Source of the DNA: an uncultured archaeon
GTDB lineage: Archaea > Altiarchaeota > Altiarchaeia > JAFGQM01
DNA length: 64,000 nt
Direction of reading: 5' to 3'
Assembly (NCBI GenBank): GCA_964619365.1
Contig: CAZUDQ010000004.1
Coordinates: 1 to 64,000, forward strand
This document shows positions 36,940-45,910 of this stretch, one piece after another. Position 1 is the first letter of the stretch; every line of letters begins with the position of its first letter. Position numbers and translations under genes: made by a program. The notes under the pieces are model-generated. The model was not told the origin of the DNA. It did no database searches and saw only the letters and a program-made list of their open reading frames with translations.

Positions 36940-37806
36940 ATGCCATTTAAAGAATCATTAATGAGACCTTGGCTGAAGTATGTGCAAAAAAGAAACGAAC
37001 GCCTTGGTCTGGACTATAAAAAAGCGATAAATTCTGTCGGCGGATATAAACTCGTTATAACTACAGATTCTCATCAGTTTACAGCCAAGGATCATGACTT
37101 ATACTATAAACATTCAAACCCCAAACTCCATGTTGCAATAAATAGTTACAGCGAGATGCCCGCGCTTGTAAGGTCGCTGGGTCCGTTTTTAAAAGAAAGA
37201 GATATAAGCCATAAATTCATTGATTCGCCCCTAGGTATGCGTATTATCAATTCTGATGTGAGTGCCGGAAAATTTCTTACAGTTTATCCAAAAAGTCCTG
37301 AGCATCTTGTGGACTTAGTTCCTGAGATTGAAAAAGAATTAAAAAAGACGGGAGTAAAAACTCGAAAGCGAGAGGCAATACTTCCTCTTACAAGCAGAGC
37401 CATTGGGAAAACAGGCCTTGTTTTTTACAGGCATCCAATGCCTGAGGAAACTGGTCACAGAGTATATGACACCGAGAAAGGCGAATTATCTCATTCACCA
37501 ATAGAGGATTCACGCGCAGCTAATTTACACAATCCAATATTTGGTCCAGACAAAGTTGCAGATATTGCCGCACAGAAAAAGATCCCCATAGAAGAATTGG
37601 ACGGGATGCATGCAAGAAACCAAGAACAAATATCAAGAATTTTAAAGGAGAACAAAAAGAAGTTCCCTAGTTCTAAGGAAGTTGCTCGCCTAGCCCAAAA
37701 CCAGAAAACTCTTAAGGATGTCCATAAGTTCAATAAACGAAACGAGAAGATGTATGGACCCAAAGGATCAATGCGAAATCGCCCAAAACAACACAGAAGA
37801 AAGTAA
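36940..37806 (+). CDS. Stand-alone phosphoSer/Thr lyase-like protein (OspF/SpvC; LanKC/LanL N-terminal lyase domain)
   Basis: PKLHVA, HKF, GKFLTVYP, G.VFYR in the order and spacing of the lanthipeptide synthetase lyase domain; basic C-terminal tail. Confidence 0.65.
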   Translation: MPFKESLMRPWLKYVQKRNERLGLDYKKAINSVGGYKLVITTDSHQFTAKDHDLYYKHSNPKLHVAINSYSEMPALVRSLGPFLKERDISHKFIDSPLGMRIINSDVSAGKFLTVYPKSPEHLVDLVPEIEKELKKTGVKTRKREAILPLTSRAIGKTGLVFYRHPMPEETGHRVYDTEKGELSHSPIEDSRAANLHNPIFGPDKVADIAAQKKIPIEELDGMHARNQEQISRILKENKKKFPSSKEVARLAQNQKTLKDVHKFNKRNEKMYGPKGSMRNRPKQHRRK

Positions 37807-37912
37807 CTCTCCCTTTTTATACCTTAGCTTAGAAATTTAGGGGGGAGGAAACGGCTTAGAATGCAAGAGATGCATTAGTACCCTTCTCACATGAGTCTAA
37901 TTTTATTAGAAA

Positions 37913-38500
37913 ATGACAATGCCTTACTTTTCACGGATTTTAAAGGAGAGTATCCCTATTCTTTTTTTGCTCCTTTTAGGCGAGCTTATGGCAGGAGTAA
38001 TCCTCCAAGAAGGTGAAGCATCATTTGCTTTAATTCCAGGTCTTCTAATTCTTCTTCCGGCAATACTTTCACTTAGGGGAAACGTATCTTCAGCCCTTGC
38101 AAGCAGATTTGGTTCTTACCTCCACATGGGTCTTGTCAAGCCGGAGATGGGTATGGGTATCTTTAAGAAAAAGGTCGTAAAAGAGAACTTCTATGCCTCA
38201 ATGGTGCTTAATATCATAATGTCTGCGGCACTTGGCGTCTTTGCCTATTTTGCAGCGGTCCTAACTGGTGCAACAGACGCAAACATCATAGTTTTAACAT
38301 TCATTGCTCTTGTCGCAGGCATCCTTTCAGGATTTTTCCTGGTTTTCTTGACAATATTCCTTGCACTTTTCACTTCATCAAAAGGGATGGACCCGGACAA
38401 TGTATTGTCCCCTACAGTCGCAACAATAGGCGACATATTCACAGTACTTTTCTTATTCCTTGTAGCTGATATTGCAATAATGATTTGGCCAATGGTATAA
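37913..38500 (+). CDS. MgtE-family divalent cation transporter (membrane domain only)
   Basis: PAILSLRGNV...LASR..S.LHMG, GMDPDNV..P.VATIGD. Confidence 0.88.
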   Translation: MTMPYFSRILKESIPILFLLLLGELMAGVILQEGEASFALIPGLLILLPAILSLRGNVSSALASRFGSYLHMGLVKPEMGMGIFKKKVVKENFYASMVLNIIMSAALGVFAYFAAVLTGATDANIIVLTFIALVAGILSGFFLVFLTIFLALFTSSKGMDPDNVLSPTVATIGDIFTVLFLFLVADIAIMIWPMV

Positions 38501-38549
38501 AGAAAGATTTTCACACTTAAAACACAATAAATATGTGATTTAACAAACA

Positions 38550-39176
38550 ATGGACGAAGTTGAATCGATTGAAGAGATCTCTGATGAGGTTTTCGAAGAG
38601 AAGAAGTCGTTAAAAGACATTCTAGTCGAGATGAAAGACTTATCGGAAGCTACAACAGACTTGGCATATTCTGCAGTGCTCCTAAACAGCACTGAACTTG
38701 CCGAAGAAGTAGTTGAGATGGAAGTGCAGATGGATAAGCTTAGGATTGAAGCTGAGCTTAAGGCAATGCTTGCCTCACGTAATCAAGAAGACGCCGAGGA
38801 TCTTGTTGCGATGCTTCATATTGCTGCAGCTGCCGAGAACATGAGTGATGCCGCAAAAAACATAGTCGAAGTCGTATTGCGTGGCGAAGGCGACCACCCT
38901 ATTCTAAGGGGAATGGTGTCTGAAGCCGAAGAGACGACTATAAAGGCAAAAGTTTCAGAAGACTCAGTTCTTGCAGGAAAGACTCTTGGTGCATTATGCC
39001 TCTCTACACACACAGGTATGCTTGTTATTGCAATAAAGCGCGGAAAACGCTGGCTTTATCGCCCAAAGAAGCGTAGTGTGATACAGGCAGGAGACCTCCT
39101 CATTGCCGTCGGTTCTCAGGAAGGCGCTGAACTTCTCCAAGAAATCGCAGAAGGCAAGATAACTGAGATTTGTTAA
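38550..39176 (+). CDS. PhoU-like + TrkA-C domain protein
   Basis: LVEMKDLSE...DLAYSAVL, AENMSDAA, S.LAGKTL, VIAIKRG..W.Y.P, GD.LIA.G. Confidence 0.87.
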   Translation: MDEVESIEEISDEVFEEKKSLKDILVEMKDLSEATTDLAYSAVLLNSTELAEEVVEMEVQMDKLRIEAELKAMLASRNQEDAEDLVAMLHIAAAAENMSDAAKNIVEVVLRGEGDHPILRGMVSEAEETTIKAKVSEDSVLAGKTLGALCLSTHTGMLVIAIKRGKRWLYRPKKRSVIQAGDLLIAVGSQEGAELLQEIAEGKITEIC

Positions 39177-39243
39177 AAAACAGGCATTATTTTTGCCTGT
39201 TTATACTTTTTCTATTTTTAAGATTTATTCGCATAAACTAGTT

Positions 39244-40185
39244 ATGTACGCGCCACCAGACCCGGTTTCAAATCACCAGACCCAGATGATTATGAACATG
39301 GTAGTTTCAATATTTCTCTTAATAGGGGTACTAATTGTTCTCCAATACTTCAATTTTATCTACCTCAATGATATACCAGTCTTTGGGGGGTGGGCAATGG
39401 ACATATATGAACAAGTATTTGGCACCCCAAAAGTCCTGATACTTCATGGCAATGATTCGGTTGGAGATTGGAAGGAATTGCGGGACCAGCTTAGCTCTGA
39501 GATGTCCATTAATGCGGGCATGTACTTTAACTATGAAGATATTGATATCCGGGAGTATGATGCGGGCATGGAAAGCAAACTTGAAAATTACGGTCTTGTT
39601 ATTGTTGAAGATGCACTTGAAATAGACAAGGGCAAGCTCATAAACCTAGATAATTTCGTGAAAAATGGAGGTAATCTTGTTTGGGTCGGTGATGCAGGTA
39701 CGATTGGTGTTGTTGAATATGAGGATACGCCCATTGCGATACAATATGGCTGGGAACGCTCTGTTGTTTGCGTAAATCCGGAAACAAAAACTGAGTGTGA
39801 TTGCTCAACAGTTGCAAAAAACTCGACTTGCAAATACCTAAACGAACAAGCAGAGCGCACAAAAGTAGATTTCGAAGCAAGACTTGGCGCGGCATTTGTA
39901 GAAGATGTCAATCTCACAAATCCACAAATAAAGATTGTTGATACAGACCACTGGGCAATGAGTGGGATAAACCAGTTATTTGGCATAAATTCGACAAAAG
40001 CGGCCAAAGTCAAAAACGGATATGAGACAGAGCTTGTCGCAAATGTACTGCAGGGAGATGATACTTATCCTGGGGTATTTGTTCAGGAAGGGCCTGGAAG
40101 GACCGGAACTGTGCTTTACTTCGCATACCCTCCCGAGGATACATTAGAAGTGCTTTTACCGCTTATAGGGCGCATGAGATATTAA
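39244..40185 (+). CDS. Hypothetical membrane-anchored protein (possible class I GATase-like fold)
   Basis: N-terminal TM; L.NFVKNGGNLVWVGDAG; long ORF. Confidence 0.7.
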   Translation: MYAPPDPVSNHQTQMIMNMVVSIFLLIGVLIVLQYFNFIYLNDIPVFGGWAMDIYEQVFGTPKVLILHGNDSVGDWKELRDQLSSEMSINAGMYFNYEDIDIREYDAGMESKLENYGLVIVEDALEIDKGKLINLDNFVKNGGNLVWVGDAGTIGVVEYEDTPIAIQYGWERSVVCVNPETKTECDCSTVAKNSTCKYLNEQAERTKVDFEARLGAAFVEDVNLTNPQIKIVDTDHWAMSGINQLFGINSTKAAKVKNGYETELVANVLQGDDTYPGVFVQEGPGRTGTVLYFAYPPEDTLEVLLPLIGRMRY

Positions 40186-40252
40186 CTTTAAACCCATTTG
40201 AATATTTATAGACTCAACCCTCTAAATTAGTCGGATAAAAACCACCCGTATA

Positions 40253-40663
40253 ATGGCAAAGGACCTAAGTTATCTTATTGGACGCTTGCAGGGACTAAAT
40301 GAGCTTGTAAAGATTCTAAAAGGCGTCGTTGACAAAGATAAGAATGCAGACTCAGAGATGGTCAAAGTTATGACCGACCATGTAGCAGAGCAACTCACTT
40401 CAATACTTTCCGATCTTGATGAAATTGGCATGGACAACAATCAGCAAGTCGCTCTTGCTGATATAAAGGCAAAACATGTCATGCCAAACGAACCAGAATC
40501 AAAAGATGAGGAAGAAATTTCTGATTTAAAAGACGATGCAGAAGGGGCCGAATCTAAAACAGACGAACCAGCGCCTGACGAAGAGCAAAAGCCTGCCGAT
40601 ATTGATCAGCATCAAAAGACAGTTGACGATCTCCTGCATGACCTTGAAGCAATGCAGACTTAG
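40253..40663 (+). CDS. Hypothetical acidic protein
   Basis: 136-aa ORF with upstream TTTATA; helical N-terminus and acidic tail. Confidence 0.7.
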   Translation: MAKDLSYLIGRLQGLNELVKILKGVVDKDKNADSEMVKVMTDHVAEQLTSILSDLDEIGMDNNQQVALADIKAKHVMPNEPESKDEEEISDLKDDAEGAESKTDEPAPDEEQKPADIDQHQKTVDDLLHDLEAMQT

Positions 40664-40712
40664 GCAATATAATCCCCAGTAAGGTTTTTCTTGGCAGTCC
40701 CATTTTATTCAC

Positions 40713-41246
40713 ATGGAAACTGCGTGCATGGGGGGCGCGGGATGTTTTGACCCATTATCATTAATAGTCCTTGTCCCACTCGTTATACTTGCCATTATCT
40801 TTGTATGGGCAATACAAAAGAAATCGCGCGCAACAATTGCGATAAAGGCTTCATACATATTCATAGCTTTAGACCTTGTTCTTTTTTTAATAGTTCCTGT
40901 ATGCTCCGTACCCTTCCCATGCTACGTTTGGACTCTCGTACCGCTTGTGATGTTTGGTATGCTGATATTTTTCCTCCTTAGGCGTTTTAAGCACGACTAC
41001 GAGCATGAAAAGAGGCTTGTTCACGCGATGGTAGACGGTCACATAGACCCAAGAAACGTTTCAGAAGTGCTTGCCGTAAGTTCAAGCAAAAAACAAGATA
41101 AGAAAGCCAGCACGCAGGAAGAAAAAAAGGAGAAAGAGGAAAAACCCACCGAAGTTAAGCTCAATGAAGTTGAAAAGATAATTTCAGAGGCAAAAGCCGC
41201 AAACAAAAAACGCAAGGTTGCGGCCAGTAAAAAGAAGAAGGATTAA
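40713..41246 (+). CDS. Hypothetical membrane protein
   Basis: Three TM segments and a Lys-rich tail. Confidence 0.7.
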   Translation: METACMGGAGCFDPLSLIVLVPLVILAIIFVWAIQKKSRATIAIKASYIFIALDLVLFLIVPVCSVPFPCYVWTLVPLVMFGMLIFFLLRRFKHDYEHEKRLVHAMVDGHIDPRNVSEVLAVSSSKKQDKKASTQEEKKEKEEKPTEVKLNEVEKIISEAKAANKKRKVAASKKKKD

Positions 41247-42292
41247 TCAATTATTTTTGTCTCTAGTTTTTTAAGCTCACAAAAATCAGTCGAAAAATTA
41301 TATGCCCCGGCGTTAAGAAAAACAAGCTTGTCGCCAAGCTCTGGCGAGTCAAGGTATACCCTATATCTGAATAAGTCAACTGAACACGGCGTGCAACCCT
41401 TTATGACATACGGTTTTGCACAAGAGTCGCCTTTTTTTAATTCTCCAGCCACAATCAGTTTTACAGGAACAATTACTGCGTCCATGTCGCTATTGTAAAC
41501 AGAAGCATCAATTATGATATTGTTGTCATAAATCTGCATTATATGTGTTATAAGTTTTCCTGAAGGTGCAGCAATAAAGCGCCCGGGTTCAACCATAAGC
41601 TTAATCTCCTTCTCATCAAGGAAACTACGCAGCTCAGCGATTTTCTTAAATATTGAGCTGACCACTTCAACATTGGTGTTTGCATACTCACTTGGAAGTC
41701 CCCCACCAATATTTATTATAGATATTGCATCAAGTGATTCCTCGCTAAGCATATTTTTTATGTCGTAGATAAGATTCCATTCCGAAAGATTCTGGGTCTT
41801 TCTATGGAAGTGAACACCCAATACTGCAATCTTGGGCTTATCTTTTAGTTCAGCGATTTTCTTGTTGACAAGCTCGCTTTTCATCCCAAATACAAAGTGG
41901 CGCTCAGTACGCAAGGTATTTTCTTTAAGTTTTATCCTAAGGAAAAGCTCTATTGCACAGCGGGGCGTGTTATTTTCAAGCCAAGAGCTTAGAATATCAA
42001 GGTCTGCTTCGTTATCGACTACAAAACGGAATACGCCAGAACCCACCAGCTCTGAAATGAACGCGTTGTCCCACGCCTGAGCCAAAAAAAGCACGCGGGA
42101 TTTGTCCTTTACATGAATAAGCTCGCCTTCCATATGAAGCGAAAAAAGCGAGTCTGTTTCTTCTTCGAGAATTGGCACGATATTGGGATTTGTCTTTGAG
42201 CTGTATGAGACTATATCTGCTGCGTCTCTTGCCTTAGAGTATTGCGCAAGGACAGTTTTTTTTGATATCTCAAAATACGGCTTGCTTATCAT
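41243..42292 (-). CDS. PLP-dependent group IV decarboxylase (ornithine/diaminopimelate family)
   Basis: YSSKTNP (PLP Lys), FGM, HFH, NIGGG, EPGRF, GCTPCS.D, AGAY. Confidence 0.88.
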   Translation of the reverse strand: MISKPYFEISKKTVLAQYSKARDAADIVSYSSKTNPNIVPILEEETDSLFSLHMEGELIHVKDKSRVLFLAQAWDNAFISELVGSGVFRFVVDNEADLDILSSWLENNTPRCAIELFLRIKLKENTLRTERHFVFGMKSELVNKKIAELKDKPKIAVLGVHFHRKTQNLSEWNLIYDIKNMLSEESLDAISIINIGGGLPSEYANTNVEVVSSIFKKIAELRSFLDEKEIKLMVEPGRFIAAPSGKLITHIMQIYDNNIIIDASVYNSDMDAVIVPVKLIVAGELKKGDSCAKPYVIKGCTPCSVDLFRYRVYLDSPELGDKLVFLNAGAYNFSTDFCELKKLETKIID

Positions 42293-43251
42293 TCTTTGAT
42301 TAAGTCTTCCTTAGAGAGCTCGTCAAGCGAACGGCACATGGCAAGGGGGAACATTATTGTTACGTCGCCCACAACCGTTGCAATATCGCTTTCGTCCTTT
42401 ATCTTGCCCCAGCTTTTAGCTTCAGAAGTCGTTGCTCCTGACATGGAGCCAGAAGTCTTGTGTGCAGTTGTCATATAGACTGCAAGCTCCGCCCCGCCGT
42501 TAAGAAGCGTTGAAAGGATAGCATGATGTTTTGAGACGCTCCCGCCAAGTGCGATTACTGCCTTTTTTTCGTCGTGGTTTGTCGCAAATATTATGTTTCC
42601 AAAATCTGATACCACATCCACAATAAAGTCCTTATGGTCTTGCTGGAAAAGATAAAGTTGGAAACCAAACGAGCCGTCTGTTATTGCAGGACAAAATATC
42701 GGGACGCCCTTTTTTGCCGCCTGGTATAGTATAGAATTCTCATCAGTTAGGCGCAGACCAATCTCGTAAAGAAGCTCTGAGACGCTCCACCGCGTTTTCT
42801 TTTTGTATAATTCTCCAAGTAGGGGTTGAAGCATCGCCTCAAGGTTTGCATAACTCTCGTTTTTTATCTCAAGGTTACCCACGCGGTTTATTCCCTGCTC
42901 GTGAAGCTCAACGTCATCAGAGTTAAAGCTTCCGATTGCAAATTTCTCACCTGACGCTTTCATGATATCTTCTTCAATAGCGCCAGCCGTTGTAACAATG
43001 ATATGAGCCATATCAAGTCTTATTAACTGGGCAAAAAAGCCCCGAAGGCCTGATGTCACCATGTTTGAAGTGAACGTAAGAAAGATTTTAGCGTTCTCGC
43101 GCTTCATCTTGCAAAATACCTCTGATGCACGGTAGAGCTCAACACTCTGAAAGCCGACCTCGCCAAGACCGTCAACAAGCTCGGAGACCTTTATCCCGTC
43201 TTTCCATTCAAAATCAGATACGTATTCCATTTCCCTTCTAAAGATTTTCAA
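42289..43251 (-). CDS. dys: Deoxyhypusine synthase family protein
   Basis: FTSNMVTSGLR, TTAGAIEED, NRVGN, PAITDGS.G, GSMSGA...EAKSWGK; start TTG 43251 or ATG 43230. Confidence 0.92.
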   Translation of the reverse strand: MKIFRREMEYVSDFEWKDGIKVSELVDGLGEVGFQSVELYRASEVFCKMKRENAKIFLTFTSNMVTSGLRGFFAQLIRLDMAHIIVTTAGAIEEDIMKASGEKFAIGSFNSDDVELHEQGINRVGNLEIKNESYANLEAMLQPLLGELYKKKTRWSVSELLYEIGLRLTDENSILYQAAKKGVPIFCPAITDGSFGFQLYLFQQDHKDFIVDVVSDFGNIIFATNHDEKKAVIALGGSVSKHHAILSTLLNGGAELAVYMTTAHKTSGSMSGATTSEAKSWGKIKDESDIATVVGDVTIMFPLAMCRSLDELSKEDLIKE

Positions 43252-43320
43252 GCAAGAAGAAGTGCTATTTTTGAGTATTAAGCCTTTAAAATTAGTGTTT
43301 AGTCCGGATGCGATATTAAA

Positions 43321-43530
43321 ATGCTAAAAAGTCCAAGCTACCAAAAAAGAATTAAGGGATTTGAGGTAGCTGGCCACCTAAATAAAAAAAGAAAGAATAA
43401 AACTTTAGACTCTAGGGGAAAACTAAAGAAATTTTACATTATCCGCGGAAAGTCAGAAGGCTGGATTGAGAAACAAGTGGGGCGGGATTTGCGTTCCAGA
43501 CCACAAGGCGCAAATAGAAAGAACTCTTAA
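43321..43530 (+). CDS. Possible small basic hypothetical protein
   Basis: 69-aa ORF whose stop abuts the next ATG; no recognisable motif. Confidence 0.3.
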   Translation: MLKSPSYQKRIKGFEVAGHLNKKRKNKTLDSRGKLKKFYIIRGKSEGWIEKQVGRDLRSRPQGANRKNS

Positions 43531-43887
43531 ATGAAAATATTTAACAAAACCAGTGGGAAGTACATTTCAAAAGACGCAAAGGAGTGCAAGTCTATTCTTT
43601 CTCGCATGCGTGGCCTTATGCTTGCAAAAAAACCAAAGACCGTAGTTCTCATGAACCCGAAGATAAATATTGAAGGCGCGTCAATTCACATGTTTTTCAT
43701 GCGCTTTCCAATCGATGTGATATGGGTCAATGAAAAAGGAACGGTAGTTGACGTCTTTAGGGCTGCAAAGCCGTGGGCTCTTAAAATATACCGCCCAAAA
43801 CTCTCGGCAAAATATGTGGTAGAGAGTCCTATTGGTATGATTGATGCAAGCGAGACAAAAGAGGGCGACATAATAAAATTTAATTAA
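43531..43887 (+). CDS. DUF192 family protein
   Basis: R.RGLM, IHMFFMRFPIDVIW, YVVE...G, GD. Confidence 0.9.
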   Translation: MKIFNKTSGKYISKDAKECKSILSRMRGLMLAKKPKTVVLMNPKINIEGASIHMFFMRFPIDVIWVNEKGTVVDVFRAAKPWALKIYRPKLSAKYVVESPIGMIDASETKEGDIIKFN

Positions 43888-43928
43888 GAAAACGAGGTTT
43901 TATTCAAATAGCCTCAAAATACTTTGCA

Positions 43929-44789
43929 ATGATTATATTCTCAAACCAAAAGTCAGCAGGAATCGCCCGGAGCGTCGCAAAAGAAACGGGAGCCGCGCTA
44001 GGGCAAATAGAAAAGAAAGTCTTTCCTGACGGCGAGATTTACATTCGCTTAATGACTCCAGTAAAAGGAAGCGATTGCGTCCTGATTTCCAGCACGCAAA
44101 CTAACGATGATGTCATAGAACTTTTGCTCACACTTTCAGCCATTAAGGAAAACGGCGCAAAAAAGATAATCTGCGTCATGCCGCACATGGCTTACCAGCG
44201 CCAGGATCATGCCTTTAAGGAAGGCGAGGCAGTCTCTGCACGCATATTCCTTGATATGATTAAGACTTACGCCGACAAGATAATTGTAATCGACGCGCAT
44301 TTCCTTGAGGATATTGGCGACATGGATTTTATGGGAATACCAGTTATGAATCTTGATGCATTTCCATTACTAGGCAAATACTTTGCCGAAAAGAAAGGCG
44401 CAGAAAACCTAATCATATTTTCACCTGATGCAGGCTCAAAAGCTTACGCCGATGCCGCAGGAAAAGCAGTCGGCTGCCCTTCAGACCACTTAATCAAAAA
44501 GCGCATTGACGGCGAAACTGTACAGATGCAGCCAAAAGAGCTTTGTGTTGATGGAAAAGACGCAGTAATCCTTGATGATATAATCGCAACGGGAGGCACC
44601 ATGAAAAAGGCCGCAGAGATGCTTATTTCCCAAGGTGCAAAGTCTGTTTCGATGGGATGCGTTCACGGTGTCTTTGCAAAAGGAACTGACATTTTTGGCG
44701 ACTTTGAAGTCGTTTCGACAGATTCGATTTTAGGGGAGCTCTCAAAAGTTCATGTTGCGCCGCTAATAGCAAAAGAGCTCTTATCTTAA
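43929..44789 (+). CDS. prs: Ribose-phosphate pyrophosphokinase
   Basis: FPDGEIY, YQRQD..F..GE, SPDAG, KKR, DDIIATGGT, HGVF. Confidence 0.95.
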   Translation: MIIFSNQKSAGIARSVAKETGAALGQIEKKVFPDGEIYIRLMTPVKGSDCVLISSTQTNDDVIELLLTLSAIKENGAKKIICVMPHMAYQRQDHAFKEGEAVSARIFLDMIKTYADKIIVIDAHFLEDIGDMDFMGIPVMNLDAFPLLGKYFAEKKGAENLIIFSPDAGSKAYADAAGKAVGCPSDHLIKKRIDGETVQMQPKELCVDGKDAVILDDIIATGGTMKKAAEMLISQGAKSVSMGCVHGVFAKGTDIFGDFEVVSTDSILGELSKVHVAPLIAKELLS

Positions 44790-44806
44790 AATAAAATTAT
44801 CCAATA

Positions 44807-45910
44807 ATGGAAAATAAAACTCTTGAGGATATTTTCCAGCTCAAAGAATATTCTCTTAGTTCTAAGGAAAAGGAAGAAGTTCTCTTGCCAATCATAAAAG
44901 AGGGCGTCAAAAGAGCCAGGAGAAACCCCCAAATAGACTCTTTTTTAGAAAAGGAATCATTTGATTCTGAAAAAATATCTTCCTTAAGTCAGATTCCTGG
45001 GGTACCTATACAGATGTTTAAGGATATTGACCTTTCGACTTGTGACAAAAAGGATATAATCCAGATACTAAAATCCAGTGGGACAACATCATCAGAACAA
45101 AGCAAAGTGCCGCTAAACCAAGAAACCTTAATCAATCAGGGGCGAGCTTTCCAGAGCAGTATCGTGAATTATTTTGGTTCTGAAAAACGCGTATTTCTTG
45201 TAATAGACCACAAAGGCATAATTGACCCAAAGCGTGAGATAACTTCACGGACAGCAATAGTCCGTGCGCCCTTAAGATATGCCAAAGAGACATATTTTCT
45301 CTTAAAAGAAACGGAGGATGGGAGATTAGTCTTGGACATGGACGTAATCAACGAGGTAATCAGAAAACACTCAAATGATGATATAATAGCATTCGGGTTT
45401 ACTTACATTGTATGGAGCGTTTTTTATAAACAGGCAAAAGATGCAGGCATTTCCTTTAAATTTCCAAATCTCAAGCTTTTCCATGCGGGCGGTTGGAAAA
45501 AGCTCTCAGAAGAAAAAGTATCAAAAGAGGCGTTCTCAAAAGAGCTTGCGAGACTTTTTGGAATATCCTATAAGGAAGTTTGTGACTTTTACGGAATGGC
45601 AGAGCAAAACGGGGTAATCTTTATTGATTGTAAAGAAGGCAATAAACACGTGCCAAATTTTGCCAAGGTTATAATCCGGGACACACAGACATTAGAACCT
45701 GTACAAAAAGGCCAGACTGGGATAATTGAGATAATGAGTGCCCTTGGGACAAGTTATTATTCTCAGGCCATCCTGACAGAGGATTTGGGTGAATACCTTG
45801 GCGATGATGATTGTCCATGCGGTCGGCATGGCGAATACTTTAGATTCAAAGGAAGGCTCAAAAAAGCTCCTCTTCGTGGATGTGGAGATACCTTCAAGGA
45901 GAAAAAATAA
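44807..45910 (+). CDS. LuxE-family acyl-protein synthetase
   Basis: SSGTT, FGFTYIVW, H.GGWKKL, DFYGMAEQ, LTEDLG, GR....LRGC. Confidence 0.88.
   Translation: MENKTLEDIFQLKEYSLSSKEKEEVLLPIIKEGVKRARRNPQIDSFLEKESFDSEKISSLSQIPGVPIQMFKDIDLSTCDKKDIIQILKSSGTTSSEQSKVPLNQETLINQGRAFQSSIVNYFGSEKRVFLVIDHKGIIDPKREITSRTAIVRAPLRYAKETYFLLKETEDGRLVLDMDVINEVIRKHSNDDIIAFGFTYIVWSVFYKQAKDAGISFKFPNLKLFHAGGWKKLSEEKVSKEAFSKELARLFGISYKEVCDFYGMAEQNGVIFIDCKEGNKHVPNFAKVIIRDTQTLEPVQKGQTGIIEIMSALGTSYYSQAILTEDLGEYLGDDDCPCGRHGEYFRFKGRLKKAPLRGCGDTFKEKK

Noticed and set aside
43405-43530. RNase P RNA (GGAAAGTC...ATAGAAAGAACTCTTA look-alikes)
   Set aside because: The two halves of helix P4 are not complementary, and the region is AT-rich and overlaps an ORF.
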